From Azolla caroliniana (lineage: Eukaryota > Plantae > Polypodiophyta): DNA of 64,000 nucleotides. The notes under the pieces were generated by a model, which did no database searches, had not been told where the DNA came from, and saw only the letters and a program-made list of their open reading frames with translations. The stretch spans positions 26,164,001 through 26,228,000 of the forward strand of contig JBHGNT010000001.1 of NCBI GenBank assembly GCA_043228905.1, written 5' to 3'. The position numbers and the translations under genes are program-made. Positions 23,601 to 38,330 of this stretch are shown piece by piece (position 1 is the first letter of the stretch; each line of letters starts with the position of its first letter).

Positions 23601-26600
23601 TGCAATGACAAACATAATGTTACTCAGATTCCAACTCCCAGAGCACAATTGGCAGATCCATTGCTTCATTAACCTTGCCTGTGTATCTGTCTGTCTCAAT
23701 CTCTAATCAACATGAAGGGGTTCCAAACTACTCCAGCGCACAAGTAACATGGCTATCCATATAAGATGTCTGATGATAAATGCATCATGTGACAAGTTTA
23801 GAAATAAGGCCCTATAGTGAGTCAGCTTACCAGCAGACGATGTGATGTGTCTCATCCATGTCATCTTTGTATCCAGACCAGTGATATATTTATGGATTCC
23901 CTTCTCCTCTTCTCGTGTCATATTGGGATGTGGATGGTAGAGACTGTATTATAATGGAATTAATTCATCTAAAAGAGTATTTAGTTTGAGCAATCCAGCA
24001 CTAACTGTTCCTTCTCTCAGGCCAATCTTTTGATGACACACATGCCAGTCATATACATCTTTGACTCAATAGCTCCCAAATATTCTAAATAAAGTTACAA
24101 TTCGAAATATTGATCTCGAACTATTAGGAATGCTCCCATTTAAACATGGACTATCTCATGTGATACAGATGGCTTATTCTGTATCATGCAAGCAATCATC
24201 AAGACCAAAGACCTCTCTAAATACTGCATTTGTGAAGGGTATCCTGACCCCATCCTGAGGAATTTCCAGATGGCAGTTAAACCCCAATGGAAACCACCAG
24301 TTTAGCTTAATTTCACCACCAGAGAGATTTTAAATAAACGAAGAAAGATTTCGGGAAGAGTTTGAACTCACTATAACTTAATTTCATAATCAGTATTCAT
24401 TTTATTGGTAATTAATGGATATGATACAATGAGATAGATCCCAAATGCTAGAAACATTGCCAGCAGTTTTAGCCTATTTCCAAGACTAAAACCTGTACAT
24501 AGGGCTTTCGGATTATTCTCCACAGAGAGTAAAACAGCTATGATTTCAGCAGATTTTTTCTCTCAAATGACTTTCCCTTCTCTTTAAAACTGTATTTCGA
24601 GGTCTACATCAAAAGAGAGATGTGTTTGAATAAGGCAAGTTTTTCTCATACTGCCAAATCTTACCTCTTCAAAAATAAATCTTACCCTCTCACGTTCAGG
24701 AGGTAGAAGAGAAGTAACCATACCATAAATATAAGAGCAATCTACACTACCTGAGAAGTAGCATATAGGTTTGTCATGCTTGAACCATTTCATGAATAAC
24801 ATTAAATCATGCTGTTGCATCTTTACATTGTCATTAGTGACCAAGACTGTATATGAAAGTGCAATATTTCATATATCTAACATGCAAAATCACTTCCAAG
24901 TACATAAACAGCTGTACTGAATTTCTGCCCAGTTCTGATGCTCAAATGTCCGTTATATGAAGAATCCTGCCACCAAGAAAGAAATTTTGGCAATAATCAC
25001 AGATGCCCATTCTCTTTGAAGTCATTATTTTAATTATAAGCATAGACGAAACTGGTTAAGAAACTAGCTCCCAGAGGAAGAGCCAAAGATGTCATCATCT
25101 CCATTCTCTTGCTACAGCCCATTCATGTCCCTTTACCCATTCATGGAATTCTAGTTCGATGTGACTATGGCTATTGAAACACCCATAAAATCAGAACCAT
25201 ACTGAAAGGCATGTGAATTGGACAGAAAGTTCCATAACTGTCTACTTACTTAAGTAGACGAACAGGAAGAGGATAACTAACAAAATAGTACATAGGTCTG
25301 TATATAGGTAGTCTATAGTGATAGTGATTTATAATTTAAAAAAACCTTACAACCTCACAGATGTAAGCATGGACAAATCACTCCTAAGGCATCTGGGTAA
25401 ACTGTCTCTGTTTCCATTCATATAATTCATTCTCCTTCTACTATGAGATTAGAGATTTCTGCTACTCTTTGTTCATTGATTGCTCTTTTTTATTATTTCA
25501 GAGGTGTAGGGTTTCTTTGCTCTACTCTGCCACCTTGCTGCAATTTCTTAAGCCAGAGAGAGCCCTTTTTCAGAGTCATCTCTCAACTCTTTATGGCCTC
25601 CTCATAGAGGACAAAATATCTATTCTATTTTATGTGTCTGTTTAAATGTCATACTAGCTAAGAGAGTTTTCTATTGCAGTTTCGATACGAAGCATAATGA
25701 TTTCAACACCATCACTATGAAAATGAAGTTGTAGTGTGTCTTCTATGTTATGAGTGTTCCCATTCAATATAAAGCCTACTGATTTCAGCACCATCATTGT
25801 GAAAATGAAGGTGGAACCTGTGTCCTCTTATGTTCCAAATCTTCCTAATGGTTTCAAGAATCAAAACCATCATTTTCAAAATGACCATCTAAGGTTCCCT
25901 CTCATACAATTCTACTCAATGCCCATTTCCCCTGTTGGGCATGCTCAGTGGCAATCAATGGTGAGAGCATTCCTTACTTTACCAATAAGGCTACCTCAGG
26001 CACCTTCATGAAATTGGGTGGAGCACCGAAAAACAAAATCTTTTTGCTTGCCTGACACCACTTATCATGTGGCCTACATTAGGCAAACAGCAATAGGAAG
26101 TCAGAATGTAGTGCTACATCCATAGCAAACAGAAAGGATGTAGTTGCTACATCCATAACACGTGCATAGATTGAGGGTTTTCATCAACTTAGGTTGTTGA
26201 GCGGAGAATGAGTAACATCCGTATGAGGAATAGAAAACAGGAATAATTTCAATCCACATGCGGAAGGTTCTGATATACTAATCCAATAGGAGTAAACAGA
26301 TGAAACCGCACATTCGTTTCAAACATATGACACCTGTATTGACAGTATTCGCTCTATAAGAGTATGTCCCATGGATATACTGGAGATGTGTAAGATAGTT
26401 TTGACCTCTAGTCCTCCTGAGCGGTCCCTCTAAAGAAGTTGATAATTTTTCACTGGGTGGTAGGACATTGGGGTCAATATGGCAGCTCGTGTTGAGATGA
26501 GATGCTCTCTCTATATATGAATCTCTAGTAGATAATCCATCCCTGATTATAATAATCCATCATTGATTGATAGGTCTGAATTCCTCATTTCCACCTGGAT

Positions 26601-29600
26601 CTCATTATAGGATGTTGTTAAGAATCTATTACTAATCAATAGACTAAATAAAAGTAAAAGGGCAGGTGAATAGATTAGATAGAATAACCCGATCCTCCCG
26701 ACCATCCCGAGTTATGATCAAGATATAGCAAACTTACCACTTACATCCTATATTGATAGATATTAGGATGACTAGTACCTTGGAATAAGTAACACAATCG
26801 TCGTGACAAAAGCATAGCCCACACATGTAATGTTTTTTATGAGGGTAGCTAGGCCTCATATTTGTCTTCTTAGGCCCCTGGAATACATGTGCTTTTCTAA
26901 AAGTCTTTGCATTCATTGGTTGTCAAGATCACAATAGTGCATGCACCAACCATTCCTTCTATCCAATCACATTAGTCCCTTTCTAACATTAGTGAACATA
27001 CCCTTCACTTATGTTTTGTAAATATTAGTGACCTAACCTCACTTACGTTATGTGTGCATAGCAGTTGTGCAATTGCATATGTAGTTCTTTGTTCTCTAGC
27101 TTTCCATGATAGATCTGACATATCCTATCCTTTGGAGGCATGTCTCTCTTGGTGTAAATATCTAGTTGATGAGAAGAATATGCACCTGAAAATTGGCATG
27201 TCCTAGCCCATGCAATAGATGAGTATTTGTGTAGTGCGCTCACAGTATGAGTGTATCCTCTGTGGTATGCATAATATGTTCTAGATAAAAAGCAATATTC
27301 ATCCACATCCTCTCAAGGGGCTCTCGCAAAGGTCCTGTTGGCTAATTGAATGACATCTAGTCTCATGCTCATATTGATCTTAGAGTGTGCCAATGTAAGA
27401 GCTGGTGTACGCAATGATCTATCCTAAACACAACTCATTACACGAAATGTTCATTGGGAGAGAAATTACTTAATGAAAGCAGTCATTACATCAAAGAGCA
27501 CTAGGAGAAAGAATAAACAAATTAATAAATAATAATAGATTTGAAAATTACAAGGATATTCAAATAAATAAATAAATTCATTAAGAAAAATATATGTCCA
27601 ATGGCATTGGGCCCTAAATTTGTGTGATAAGATAGGAGGTTATTTATTCAAGGCCAGTTCAAACATATTTTAGCATCATATATTCTCTTTATATGCAAAG
27701 AAAAATACACAAAGATATGTATATGCAGATGATGATATTCCCACTGTTTTGAGATGCCCAGTTCAAAGTATATAAGACTCTCAAACCATAGAAGTTATGC
27801 ATCTCATTTATATCATAAGTGTCCAACCTTTGACCTCTGCTAGATACTTATTTTCATGCACTCCAAGATAGATATGAATAATGTATGAATCCTAAAGAAC
27901 ATGATAAAAAAGATTGTATAGTGCCGTTTCACTGTTTTCAGTTTAATAACAGTAAAATCTAGACATGAATCGTTGTACAGAAGCCACATATACACATTCC
28001 CTTTTATTTCTTCACTTACATTCATTAATCAAATACTAAGTCCCAACATATTGAAGAACTGGTTTTTTCATTCAATTTCTATTAAAATAGCTTACACATG
28101 ATCCCAGATGAGGCTCAGCTTCAGACAAATTTGCCAGCATTACAAGTGAAGCAGCAGACTTCATGACTGTTGATTCATCCTGATAAATCATATAACAAAT
28201 ATAATTCAATAATAGCAGCAGAAGTAACACAGTAACAACAGGCTATAAATAAAGCTTTCCCATAGCCTGATGACTATATTGGATTCAAGATACATGTTAA
28301 CCAGTTAGCAAACCAGATAATCAAAACAATTATATGAATATTGTTTACTATCGTTTACAATTGCCGAATCATCAACAGTAAAATTTGAAAAAGATGAATT
28401 AATATGCATTACCGCAGTAGTGAAAACAACTTTGAAATACATCTAGGTTTCCATTTATTTCCCCAAAATAACCCCTACATTTTCATTACTTCTACGAATA
28501 CCCCCATCAAATCCAAAATAAAGGAGAAGGGGAATGAATGACCATATAAGTGCTCAAGCAGCACATATAGTTGAGAGAAAAGGAGGAATTTTCCGTATAA
28601 TTGCTCAAATAGCATACATTATTGCCTGACATGAGGTTGACAGGAAATGGCAAAACCTTACAGACATTTTGGGAAATAAGGAATAACTCAAGGATACTGG
28701 AGTTTTTCATTAGTAGTATGTGGAAGTCATAATGTGCTTTTCTATTACATTAAATCATGATACTGGATATTACCTCTGATTGCAGATTCCTGATTTCTTG
28801 CTGGACTTCCCATGGCACATCCTTGGCTATACAAAAAATTATACAAAATGTAATATCTTTAGGATAATCATGATCGTGATGCTGAAATGACCATGATGTA
28901 TTAACATTCTTGTCGACAATGACAATGTATTAATGTTATGACCGCATAGGTACAAATTTAGAATTTGGGAAAAGGTTTGATTTGAATCATCATAAAGGGA
29001 ACAAAGCATAACAATATATATATATATATATATTACAAGAGTCCTACAAATTTAGGGTATTCTCTCATAAGTTCCTATTATCTCACGCATGAAGAAAATA
29101 TTTTCAAACTGATCCAGGGCACCAGTAACATAGAGGATATTTATCAATTCATATGTTATGGTTGTGCTAGGAGTTATACATTCATAAAAATGCAATATTT
29201 TTCAATAAAAATGATGCTAATAACAATATATTAGCATTCTTGCTGGCAATAACAAGATATTATTATTTAAACAATGACAATATATTATTAGACACATTCA
29301 TACACGAGAATTATGGTTATGTAATGAGTTAAACAATATCATACCAGAAGAGGAAATATGATGAGATGAAATTAAAACATACATACACGTATACACATAG
29401 ATACATATGCATACATATGTCTGTGTATGTATCAACACACACATATGTATATGCAAATACACAGCATAAATACACATGTAATTACATACACGGATACATA
29501 CGTGCATATACGTATAATACATATACAAGTCTACATACGTACACAACAATGCATATACATATACAAACATACACAGATACACCTACGAACATACATAAAT

Positions 29601-29805
29601 ACATAAATAAATACATAAACATATTCGATCATACATATACACATACAGACGCATAGACGAAGTTATGACATAATGATCTAAACAATATCACAACAGATTA
29701 GAGAAGCAAAGTCAAATGCTAGAATGTGCGATGATACATACGCAGGAGAGGCGGAGATGGTGAGGCTGCAGGAACAGGGGGTGCAGAGCTCACAGGTAAG
29801 CTCAT
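20616..29805 (-). CDS. Armadillo (ARM)-repeat protein, ~282 aa, 11 exons, function unknown
   Basis: Exons 29805-29742, 28826-28774, 28179-28096, 22756-22706, 22550-22470, 22358-22267, 21731-21655, 21556-21477, 21064-20970, 20887-20822 and 20721-20616 splice GT-AG with consistent phases (849 nt). ARM-like units include VGRLVSLLVGDYSIHVQRNACAALTAI and LLDKGAIPKLASHMGTSSPEVCVRVLLALGML. Confidence 0.82.
26616..27000. mobile_element. Degenerate LTR-like fragment in ARM-gene intron 3 (boundaries uncertain)
   Basis: Shares an exact 25-mer ATGAGGGTAGCTAGGCCTCATATTT (26839-26863) with the solo LTR at 57870-58323 (58118-58142). Confidence 0.45.
29375..29655. repeat. Degenerate (AC/AT)n low-complexity repeat in ARM-gene intron 1
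   Basis: ACAT/ATAC-rich run that produces spurious H/T/Y-rich ORFs. Confidence 0.85.
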
Positions 29806-29929
29806 ATCTGCTTCTTCCTCCTATTCTTCTTCTTCTTCTTCTTCTTCTTCTTCTTCCTTTTATTCCAAGCAGATCATCATCAAACAAAAGAAGGGGGTAA
29901 TTAGGCCTATTGGTTTTTGACATGCTTAT

Positions 29930-30400
29930 TTTACTTGGGCAGTTTAAAGCCCCAGCACCAGCAGGGGACTTACCGTCTCAAGAACCCTCCCAACATGAAA
30001 CACCATGTTAATGTCGCATGCGAGATCATACGCCACAAAACATTTATCGCAAGATGGCTTCCATCCAAACCTACAATTCCATGTAAATGTAGCACGAAAT
30101 CAATACTCGAAGAAGAAGACAAAGAAATTGTGGGCTTGGATACCTGTATGTCTTGGCAACCCCGATGTGGCGCAAACGTTTGATCGGATCATAGAACGAT
30201 GTGTGTTGGGTGGTTTCTTTCTTGTCCAATAGAATTCCGTCTTGATGTAGCACACGAACAAACGTTGGGTCCATTTAGAATGTGGTGCAAGTCTCCTTGT
30301 TGAGGCGGAGGAAGTACATGTTGGTTTACATGAAATTATCGATCATCAATATTTGAGGTGAATGGCTTAGCATGTGTGGGTGAATCATTGGGTTCTTTGA
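29930..30400 (-). mobile_element. PIF/Harbinger-like transposase remnant
   Basis: Minus-strand fragments YFLRLNKET, RLRHIGVAKT and LHGIVGLDGSHL resemble the Harbinger DDE region (consensus GAIDGTHI); many frameshifts. Confidence 0.5.
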
Positions 30401-31875
30401 TACCTAGTGGAATTAGAATCCATTTTTCCTATTACCCAAGTCGCAACCGTGGAGATTGGTGAAATTGACATCACTAAATGAGAAAACACGAAAGTATCAA
30501 TATAATTTGAAGTTTTTTGTTGCATAAATAAATGATATGAATCATTGAGGAACTTGGTATGTACTTCCACACACAACTTGTAGGTTATGTATTTGTGAGT
30601 GTGAAAGATAAGGGGGGGGGGAGAGAGAGAGAGAGAATTAAAATGCATACTGGTATGGGCACAATTCTACTTATTGGAGACTTTAGAGAGGTTGACACAT
30701 TAGGTATTAGGGAATTGTAGTCTGGCATGCATCATGTCTATCATTTGCATTGGCCTTTATCACATGGCCTATATACGTCCACAACTATGTATCTAGATAT
30801 GGTAGGTGTAATGGGAGCCTTGATAGATTCTAGATATACATTCCATCAATTGTAATCTAACTTTCATAGTTAATACATTACCATTTACTAGAGAGAGATC
30901 TTTTTAGCGTCTAGGGAAGATCGACTGCAATGAGATAGGGCCTAGCCCATGACAAGGATCAAACTTGGAGTGTAATAGATAGATAGATTTTAGTATTATC
31001 TTTGGAGGTGAAATATGACCTTTGAAACAAAAAAATTACATTTTCATGTAATAGTGGCGACTCTCGATGTTCAAAAACCTTACTAATGAATGTCGCAATC
31101 AAGAGTGTACTCTATGCTTGTGAGAGAAATTCATGCTCAAAGATGTGTGGAAAACATAGTCAAATGTGATCAATGACATTGTGTCAAAGCGTAAAACATA
31201 GACTCCTGAACTTGTTTACAAGGACAAAGTGTGGATAGTCGAGTACTCATCACTTGTGCCCTAATGCCCTATCTCACATTCTAGTGAGTGTCAATTAGGT
31301 TGCATGGAAGGAACGGTTTGGGTCATAGACAATAGATGGGCTCTAACATGTAAGGATATACACAGTTTCTCCGTTTAGTGGAGAATATGGTTTCATAGTT
31401 AGGTGCAACATATGCAGTATAATGTGTGAATCGTGAGCCTCCACTTTTTCCCATGTTACAATACAATGGCATTGCAAAAAGGCTTCATTCATAGAGTAAT
31501 CTATTGATATAGAAATGGAGCAATTTTTGTGTGTTTATGTGTCTTTTGAACCTTGCTTGCTTCCCGTACTATTATAGGTAGTCGATACTCAACCTCCTAG
31601 GTTTTTCCTTAGTGTGACACTCATAACAACTTTCACGAATTACACTAAAATTTGATTATTGTAAAAGTAAGGGGTATTCATTCACTATTAGCTCTTATTC
31701 ACATGCCTATATTTGATAGATTTTGATACCATAATGCAACTTCAATACCTAGCTTGTGTGATTGAATGCGAAAGAGTGTGAGGGCTCTACAAGGATTAAT
31801 CATCATATTCATAATTTTGTTCTTTTTAGAATCTTTACACTTCTTCCTTAGTCGTTTAATTACCTTTCCTCAATA

Positions 31876-31911
<36 letters not shown>

Positions 31912-33177
31912 CCAAAGACAAAAGTGCATATTATCATGATACTGAAATATCAGAAACTGAAGCTAACAAAATAGTTAAATCAAGTAAGTAAACAACATAC
32001 AATCAACACCTTATACAATAGATGGGGCTTGGTTAAACTAGAGCTTCTTTGGAAGTACACATAGAAGTTAGGAGGAATCTTGTAATGAATGGGATATCTA
32101 AGGTATCCTCTTCATTCAATGCAAAAGGCGTCTATTACTCCCTAAGTCAATGGTGGGCTTTAATACACACACATGCTCCGAGGAGTGTGGGTTAAAACTT
32201 AAAAGACATAAAGTGTGTGGTTGAGCTTATAACCTCAACAAAAGAGCCATGCATAAATGAGAGTTTGATGGGACAATGATAAACCTAATCTCTTTGTATA
32301 GTTCGTTCATCTTTCTTTTAAATCCCTCACATGGTTTAATTTCTTCCCAATTTTCTACGTGTGTTGTCAACATCAAACCACCATTAGCAAGGAGGTAGAT
32401 TATTTAGCGAGTTTTTTGGGTCCCACCCCCACATTTTTGTACTACAAGTAGATAAAATTAGACATTCCCAACCTGAAAACTTATTGTTATATAGTAACAG
32501 TGTTTTTGTCTATTCCCACCCATCAAACAATCAACACTTGAATAAAACAATTACAAACTAATGAAACCTATGATACCATCGAATTATTACAAGGGTAAAA
32601 AACGTCAACGAATCTTGCCATAATGACTTTGTACAAGTAGTAGAGAACTATGAAAAAAACATGATAATGACCATCTCGCATACAAAATGGAGATAACATA
32701 CAAAGAGACATAATTGATTTTCAAGTATGTGCTATGATGTTCACTATCATCACTCATAGTGGAAAATGTAGACTTTGAGGAATGGATCCTTATCTTCAAA
32801 ACTACGAAGAACAAGACGAAATAACTTACCACAATTAGATCAAGAATTTCATAGGTTTTGGGAAGACAAACTAAAAAAGACATTGACAAAGTTATATCAT
32901 TGAAAACAATCAAGATTGAAGTATCTATGATTGTGGACAACTGAAGCCATTGAGAAGTTTTTAACAACAAAAATCTTGAGATTAAAATGTAAAGCAATTG
33001 GCTACAATCTTTTCTGGGGGGGTTAACCTCGCATCATAAATTTTTGCGATTACATGCAAGTCTTATTGAATCAAAAGAGATACTTTGTGTTGAAGATAAT
33101 GATACAATGTACCTTTACATTTATAGTGAAGATGTTTATAAAGAAAATGTTGTATGATTAGAATCTGAACACTTCCA

Positions 33178-36100
33178 TTATGCATTTGGAACACTAAGAT
33201 TCTTTTTTTTCCGGTCATTCTCGATCATAGATTTGATATAGAACTCTCCAGCCTTGTAAGAGGACCTGACCATAGGACCCGACGCCACATATCTAAACCC
33301 CTACAAATCCAAACAAGTAGAGAAGATAGAATATTATGTTTTTTTCAGTATATATGTAAGAAAACATTATGGTCGGGGGTTAGCCTATTAATTCACACCC
33401 TCAATTATGTGTATGTTCATACATTTCAGCAAAACAAAAAATTGAGCAATCCAAATCCAAAGAACAATACCATATCCATTCCAAGCTTTCGGTATTCCTC
33501 AAAGGCTTCTGGTGTGACATATTCTGAGACAGGCATATGCTTCTTCGTAGGGCGCATGTATTGCCCGAAAGTCATTACGTCAACACCTGCATCCCTCACA
33601 AGTTCCATAGTTCTAATAATTTGTGCAGGCGTCTCGCCACAGCCAAGCATGATGGATGTCTTTGTTAATGTGCCGGGAGCTGCCATAGCCTTGGCCATCC
33701 TCAAAACATCGATCGATTGCTTGAAATTTGCCCGATAGTCTCTAACTGAACGTTGAAGTTCTTCAACAGTCTCTATGTTGTGAGCAAAGACATCCAGTCC
33801 AGAGGTGGCAACACGCTCTACACATTCCTTGTCTCCTCTAAAGTCGGGAACTAATGAAAAAATTTGGAGGCAGCAAAAAATATATGAGGCAAAAAACAAA
33901 CAGTATGAAGACTTGATATATAGATACGAGGATGTTACTTTTGTAAGAAACAACCACCTACTATATAGCAATGAAGGAATTACTTACATATAATAAGCAC
34001 CTTGATATAAACAAGGAAAAGGTTACTTATTATCAGAGACAAGCTCCTGTATCACATGTATATATAGCAACAAAGAGGTTACTTACCAAGAGCTTCCACT
34101 AGCATTTCCGGTTTCTTTTCCTTAATCCGTTTTACTGTCTCTGCGAAATGGTTGCTGCCCTGATCTGGGATGTCGTCTCGGTCTACACTTGTGATGACAA
34201 TATAATCCAAGCCCCATGCTGCAATTGCTTCAGCCACTTTGGATGGTTCCTCAGGATCGGGTGGAGGCGGTGCCCGTGATGTCTTTACAGCACAAAACCT
34301 GTGCCATCTCTCTCATTTCTTTCTCTTTCTTTAATCTCTCCCTATCGCTCTTGATGTTGGTTTGGTGGTTTACACAGTAGCATCAAAGTCATGAAATTGA
34401 GGGAACCCATTCAATCCTCATGATGGCCTTGGCCCCATCCCATAGCTCATTTACAATCTGTGGGGATGTTTATAATGTATCTATCTACTAAATGTTGTTG
34501 TGCTGTTATGCAGCACTAATCACATGATCACTGACAATACATAAGATATTGCACAAGGATGCAATCAGCACACTTGGGAACTTGATGTCTTGAACGTTGT
34601 GCACCACTGAATAACAAGAAGATTGAAGATGTGGGGCATCTCAAACACATGCATACATTCTAATGAATTCCAGGTCATCAAACAACGCTTCCCACCATCA
34701 ATTACCCAATGCACTCACCTTGCTCAACTTCAAGTTGGATACATGTTTCCCACCTCTATACACAGATACAAGCTCTCTATCTATAAATTGGCGACCTTAA
34801 GACATATGCACAAGCTACACTTTGCTACACCCTTTGCACCAGCAAAGGGGACTCTCTTGTAAAGGTCTTTTGGGTCTCTTGGCTTATGTTTATGTTTCTG
34901 GCCACCACAAAGACATTAAAATCTCTTGACCTCTCGTTTTTTTCATATTGGGTTATACCCTAGTGGTAAGCCATGTTTTTACTAACCCATGCACTGGGAT
35001 ACAAAACTCACTACCAAAACTACTTACTAGATAACACTGCGGAATGTAGGGATTGTATGCACAGGTTGAACTCACCGCCATATGGTCTCTGCCTGACAAT
35101 CTTTAGCATTCTTTGAATCCTTACAACCTGAGTTACATTTGTCAAGTCTCTCTCTAAGCTAGAGTTGGATGAGACTGATATAATTCTATTATAGAATGCA
35201 TTAGATGACCTTTTTGTACAACGGTGATTGTGTTGTATGATCCTGGTAAATGAGAGAATGCAATCCCCCCCCCCCCTTCTCTCTCCCAAGCTTCAAAACA
35301 ATGGGGAATCAGCCCTTATATTAGCATGCTGGATGCAATGGTAATTGCACATCAGTTATTTCTTGCATCGCTCCAGACCTCCACTGAAAATGTGCCAAGC
35401 AGTCACCATAAAGTGAGCAATGGAATGCTGATACAAAGGACATCAAGAGTACCAGGATGTAAGGCACATGGACCATACCATCACCAGATCATGGAGATCA
35501 TTGCTTGCCATGTTTGATCCGCACGAAGATACCCAGATGCACATATTGCATCATTCCACCACACCAACCAACCTCAGATATGATCGCCAGTCACCACTAC
35601 TTAATCCTTACATATTAGTTAAGCATTTCATGTTTGTAAATCATCTCCAAAATCATTACACCACATGCATTAAGATTATGTCTTGGGGCCTCAGGAAACC
35701 TAGAGTTTTTATTTTTGTTTTGATATGAATAACATGAATTCACACATATTTATAATCGTGATTTGTCCCATGGGCCATTTTGGCCTCTAGTAGTTTGCAT
35801 CATCAACCCATGCTAAGAATGAAGGCATTGAAAAGATGCATAACTTATTGTCGAATGAACCAAAGCTCATAATGCTTGCATTTCAAATGCCATATCTTAT
35901 CGACTATCACAAAAATCAATCCAAGCTGAGAACATATGCACTGAAAAGATGAATAAGTTATCGCTCATCACACAAATCAACTCATGTGACAATGGACTTG
36001 CTGATAAATGTATGCCTTCTCAACCCTCACAGAAATCAACCCAAGCTCAAAATGGATGCATTAAAAAGATCTATATACATCACATGAATCAATACAAACT

Positions 36101-36781
36101 AAGTGAAAATTAATGCATTTAAAAGATACCTACCCGAAATTCTAATCACACAATGAGCATAATTGAAATTACAATCAACACATTCGAAGCACTTAAGAGT
36201 TCAATCGGCATTTTCAAAATAGGTTCTTACCGACATCCGCGAGTACAAGTGTCGCCCAGGATCATGATGGTGGCAGTCGCGGTGCCAGTGTCTCCCCCAG
36301 TCCAACACTCACCAATATTCGGGCATTTTGCTTCCTCACAAACCGTATGAAGGTTGAGATCCCTCAGCTTCGCCTTGATCGCCGTATATTTCTCTCCACC
36401 TGGAACCACCCTCTTCATCCAATGAGGCTTCGGGATTGGATTCTTCTTCGAGCCCACTTCCACAGAGTATACATCTTCTTCTTCGTCTTCGTCGAGGGCG
36501 AGAGCCTTCTTAGAACTCAGGAAATCGTTCAGATTCGGCTCTTCCTTCGCCAATCTCTGGCGCAGGGACGACAACAACAAAGATGAAGAGGGGCTCTTCT
36601 TCTTGTTGTGGTTGTCTTCTACGATTGCCTCCGTGCAGAAATGGTGGGGCTGAAGGGGGTGGGAGGAGAGGCATGGTATGGATGTTGCTTGGATGGATTG
36701 ATGGTGGGGCGTGTGCGGTGGAGAGGATTGCAGAGAGATGAAGCGAAGCAGAGCGCGAGGGAATGGCCTGGCCATGGCCAT
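33178..36781 (-). CDS. LIP1: Lipoyl synthase, mitochondrial type, ~421 aa, 4 exons
   Basis: Exons 36781-36231, 34298-34087, 33850-33471 and 33300-33178 are phase-consistent (1266 nt). Contains the LipA CX4CX5C motif ([12 protein letters not shown]), radical-SAM CTRGCRFC and C-terminal [11 protein letters not shown]-terminus looks like a transit peptide. An alternative start lies at 36775. Confidence 0.94.
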
Positions 36782-37289
36782 GCCTTCCTTCCTTCCTTCC
36801 TTCCTTCCTTTCTTTCTCCTCCACCTCCTCCACACAGAAGGATTTTGTTTCTTTTAGAGAGAGACGAGACAGAGAGAATGTTACTATGTACATATATTTT
36901 TTTACCATTCATTAGTTCCTTGGGAAAAACTTGTAACTTTGTAAGTAAGAAGAAGGCATTACAATTATTGTTCGGAACCTCTTCTTCGCTTCGATTCTTC
37001 TTTCGCTTCATGTTTTGTGGTGGAACTTGGACGGGAGAAACCATGACACGGGAGTTACGTCGATTTCATGGGACCATTTGGCCGCTCCCAAACTGCCAGG
37101 TGGTGCCGCAATATCAGATCGGGAAATGCATCCACTGCCTCATTACGAGATTATGTGTCCACAAGATCACCCATGGATATATATCTATGATGCCATATTT
37201 TCTAGATGCATGACGGATTGGTGCATGGGGAAAAAACAAAAATATTCGAGCATCATGGTCGTCATTACTTAGTGGATGTATTTTATTCC

Positions 37290-38330
37290 TCTAAAGATTC
37301 GACATTTTTGTATGCGGACAACAGTTGCTAAGGTCATTGGCAAGATGCGGTATCGTTCCTTGAGTGGGCACCATCAAGTGATCGAGAATTTCATAATTAG
37401 TTACAAAATGAATAGCTCGTTTCTTCTCGAGTGTTGAATTTGCATGGAAAAAGAGAAGTTGAGATCTCAATTCAATCGTTTATTTATATTGGAGGTTGTA
37501 CATTTTGAAATGTGGTTGATAATGAATCTCAAAGGTTTGTCGGAATTTGAAGATGTCAAGCGATAGTTATGTATTCTCCCACATTATGGATTTATTTGGG
37601 AGAAATTACAAGCTATACCATTGTAGCATGGATCTTTGACATTGAAAACAAATGTTGCACCTTGGGCAGATTGGCAATTACATGATGGTACATGCTTGTT
37701 ACAAGTCACTACAAATATATTGTATCATCATGTAATGGCATCATTATCTTGGCTATCTCCAAAGGCAGAAAAATCGCGGATATATGTAAGTCGAATGCAA
37801 GGTGGTGGCAAATATTACAACATGATTGGCATTCCCACTTGCCATTTCGTGCAAAGGTATTCATATGGAGAGTCGTCATTGGTGGCCTCCCATTAGGTCC
37901 AGCCTTAAAGAGACAAGGACTAGGGTTGTGTACGTGTTTCTTTTGCACCATTCCGTTAGACGACAATACACATAGGTTAGCGTGTATGATTTGGAAGTAC
38001 TTATAAGACGTTTGGCAAGTGTTAAACCTGTTGTTATTTGAGGCCTCAACAATGGTATTTTTCTTAGTATGTTTAAAGTGGTCCAAATGACGAGATGGAG
38101 ATATTGTTCAAATTTTTACAATATTAGGGACTTCAAAACTATAGAATATGTGTAATGCTTTCATGTTTGATAGTAGACATGGGGGGAAAGCCTATATGAA
38201 GAAGTTGAAAGGTATTCTTATGTGGTATTTCTGGATGTTAGAGCATGTGGGGATCAGTTCCTCAAATGCATATTCAGGTTTTTTAGTGGCATTACAAAAC
38301 ATCCCTCTCCCTACATATGATAGATAGGTA
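37290..38330 (+). mobile_element. L1-type LINE 3' remnant (zf-RVT region)
   Basis: WHSHLPFRAKVFIWRVVIGGLP...CFFC...DNTH matches the zinc finger found after LINE RT; surrounding frames are broken; boundaries approximate. Confidence 0.7.

Noticed and set aside
29298-29656. ORFs rich in H/T/Y or V/C/M
   Set aside because: Translations of an AC/AT low-complexity repeat.
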